From contig CAWHCF010000041.1 of NCBI GenBank assembly GCA_963827655.1, forward strand, positions 1-64,000: DNA of 64,000 nucleotides, read 5' to 3'. Below, in pieces: positions 62,606-64,000 of the stretch. Each line of letters starts with the position of its first letter. The stretch's first letter is position 1. The translations under genes were made by a program, and so were the position numbers. Origin of the DNA: an uncultured Acidobacteriota bacterium. Its GTDB lineage: Bacteria > Acidobacteriota > UBA6911. A model generated the notes under the pieces. That model ran no database searches. It had not been told where the DNA came from and worked only from the letters and a program-made list of their open reading frames with translations.

Positions 62606-64000
62606 AGGCATATATAATCGTACATTGGTCATATCGACTTGGGTGCCGTTGGACGATTTTCAAGCTAACTCGACTCAGTTTCCCCTACTAGCAAGTATTT
62701 CCTATACGCTCGCCAAGTAGACAGGGCGTGTGCTGTTCTGTTATAGTTCCGGCTCGGAGGCCGACTCAATCGGAACTATAACATTATGAGACCATCGTCT
62801 ATTGCCGCCAGCGCTATTCGCCAATTAGTCGTCCGCAACCAGATCGCCGATCTCCGGGAGCTTAAGCAGGCTCTCGGTACCTCGGTGGATGTCACTGTGT
62901 TTCGGAAGCTGAGACAACTGGATTACCTTTCCAGCTACTCTCACCGCGGTCGCTATTACACGCTCCCAGAGATCGCTCACTTCGATGTCAATGGTCTTTG
63001 GTCCTGCCAGTCCGTATGGTTTTCTCGTTACGGCACTTTGTTGACTACCGCCGAAGCCTTTGTCAATCAATCCGCGAAGGGTTACTTCGCCGAGGAGTTA
63101 GCCCAGACCTTGCATGTGGAAGTGCATGACGCGCTGCTGCAGTTGGTGCGGCAGCGCAGAGTCACCCGGCGGCAGGTCTCGGGGTTGTATCTCTACACTT
63201 CCATGACTCCTGACCTCCGACGCCGGCAATTATTGGCCCGGCGCCAGTCTCAGACTGTTCCCATCGCGACCGATATCACGACCGTGGAGATCTTGCCTGA
63301 CGAACTCAAAACCGCGATCATTCTCTTCTACAGCTTGCTTGATGAACAACAACGTCGGTTGTACGCCGGCCTGGAATCCTTAAAACTAGGTCGCGGCGGC
63401 GATCCCCAACTGGCCGAGTTTCTCGGCTTGGATCCGCACACCGTCGCCCGAGGACGACAAGAGCTATCGGACCAGAAGGTCGCAATCGGTCGTGTGCGTC
63501 GATCCGGCGGCGGACGAAAGCCCGTGGAAAAAAAACGCCCAAAATAGTCACCGCCATCAAAATCCTTCTCGAGCACGACACTGCAGGCGACCCGATCACC
63601 GGATTGAAGTGGAGTCGCCGAACCACCGGCAAGATCGCTTGCCTTCTCGATCAGGTAGGAATCTGTGTTTCCCCGAATACCGTCGCCCGCTTGCTGCACC
63701 AAATGAAATACTCTCTCCGGGTTAACCACAAGATGCTCGCCACCGATTCCAGTCCCAACCGCAATCAACAGTTTGACTACATCTCCGTATTACGCACCCG
63801 ATTCCAGCGCCGGCACCTTCCCATTATCAGTGTCGATACCAAAAAACGAGAACTCGTCGGCAACTTCAAAAATCCCGGAGCCCGCTGGGATTGCTCTCCT
63901 ATACTCGTCAACGATCACGATTTCCGAACCGATTCTATCGGCGTAGCTATCCCCTACGGGATTTACGATCTGATAGCCAATCGGGGCTCCATCTTTGTGG
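62585..64000 (+). mobile_element. ISAzo13-family insertion sequence (runs off the window)
   Basis: ORF 62786-63547 ends LDEQQRRLYAG..G.GG..TVARG..EL..R.R.GGGRK; the -1 frame after GAAAAAAAAC continues TAGDP..LKW, YSLRVN.K, RN.QF.YI, ISVDTKKRELVGNFKN.G, V.DHDF, AIPYGIYD. Confidence 0.92.

Overview
GC-rich bacterial chromosomal segment whose gene content (four Oar-type carboxypeptidase-regulatory-domain TonB-dependent receptors, Ser/Thr kinases, an ECF43/TIGR02999-type sigma factor, many Tat-exported enzymes) points to Acidobacteria (Bryobacter/Solibacter-like); this taxonomy is inference. At least ten genes are split by single-base frameshifts, most likely long-read assembly errors. About 40 genes are supported, including a class A beta-lactamase-like protein, a BrnT/BrnA TA pair beside a MazG-like remnant, a BlaI-M56/HEAT-hydrolase operon with a clear operator, EgtB, several peptidases, and an ISAzo13-family element at the right edge. 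No rRNA, tRNA or CRISPR array was seen. The most interesting non-annotated signals are: (1) a family of ~120-bp tandem-repeat-armed hairpin elements (8 whole or half copies), one apparently split in two around an S9 peptidase gene; (2) a 36-bp ECF-type promoter duplicated upstream of a kinase-STAND-TPR gene and a di-heme cytochrome gene next to a phosphorylation-type ECF; (3) a structured 5' leader upstream of an ankyrin-repeat gene; (4) a three-gene operon of a Tat-tagged degenerate SDR, an untagged intact SDR and a Tat-tagged FNR-like reductase; (5) a comM/yifB fragment that may be an att-site scar; (6) an abutted ISAzo13 IR-IR junction.
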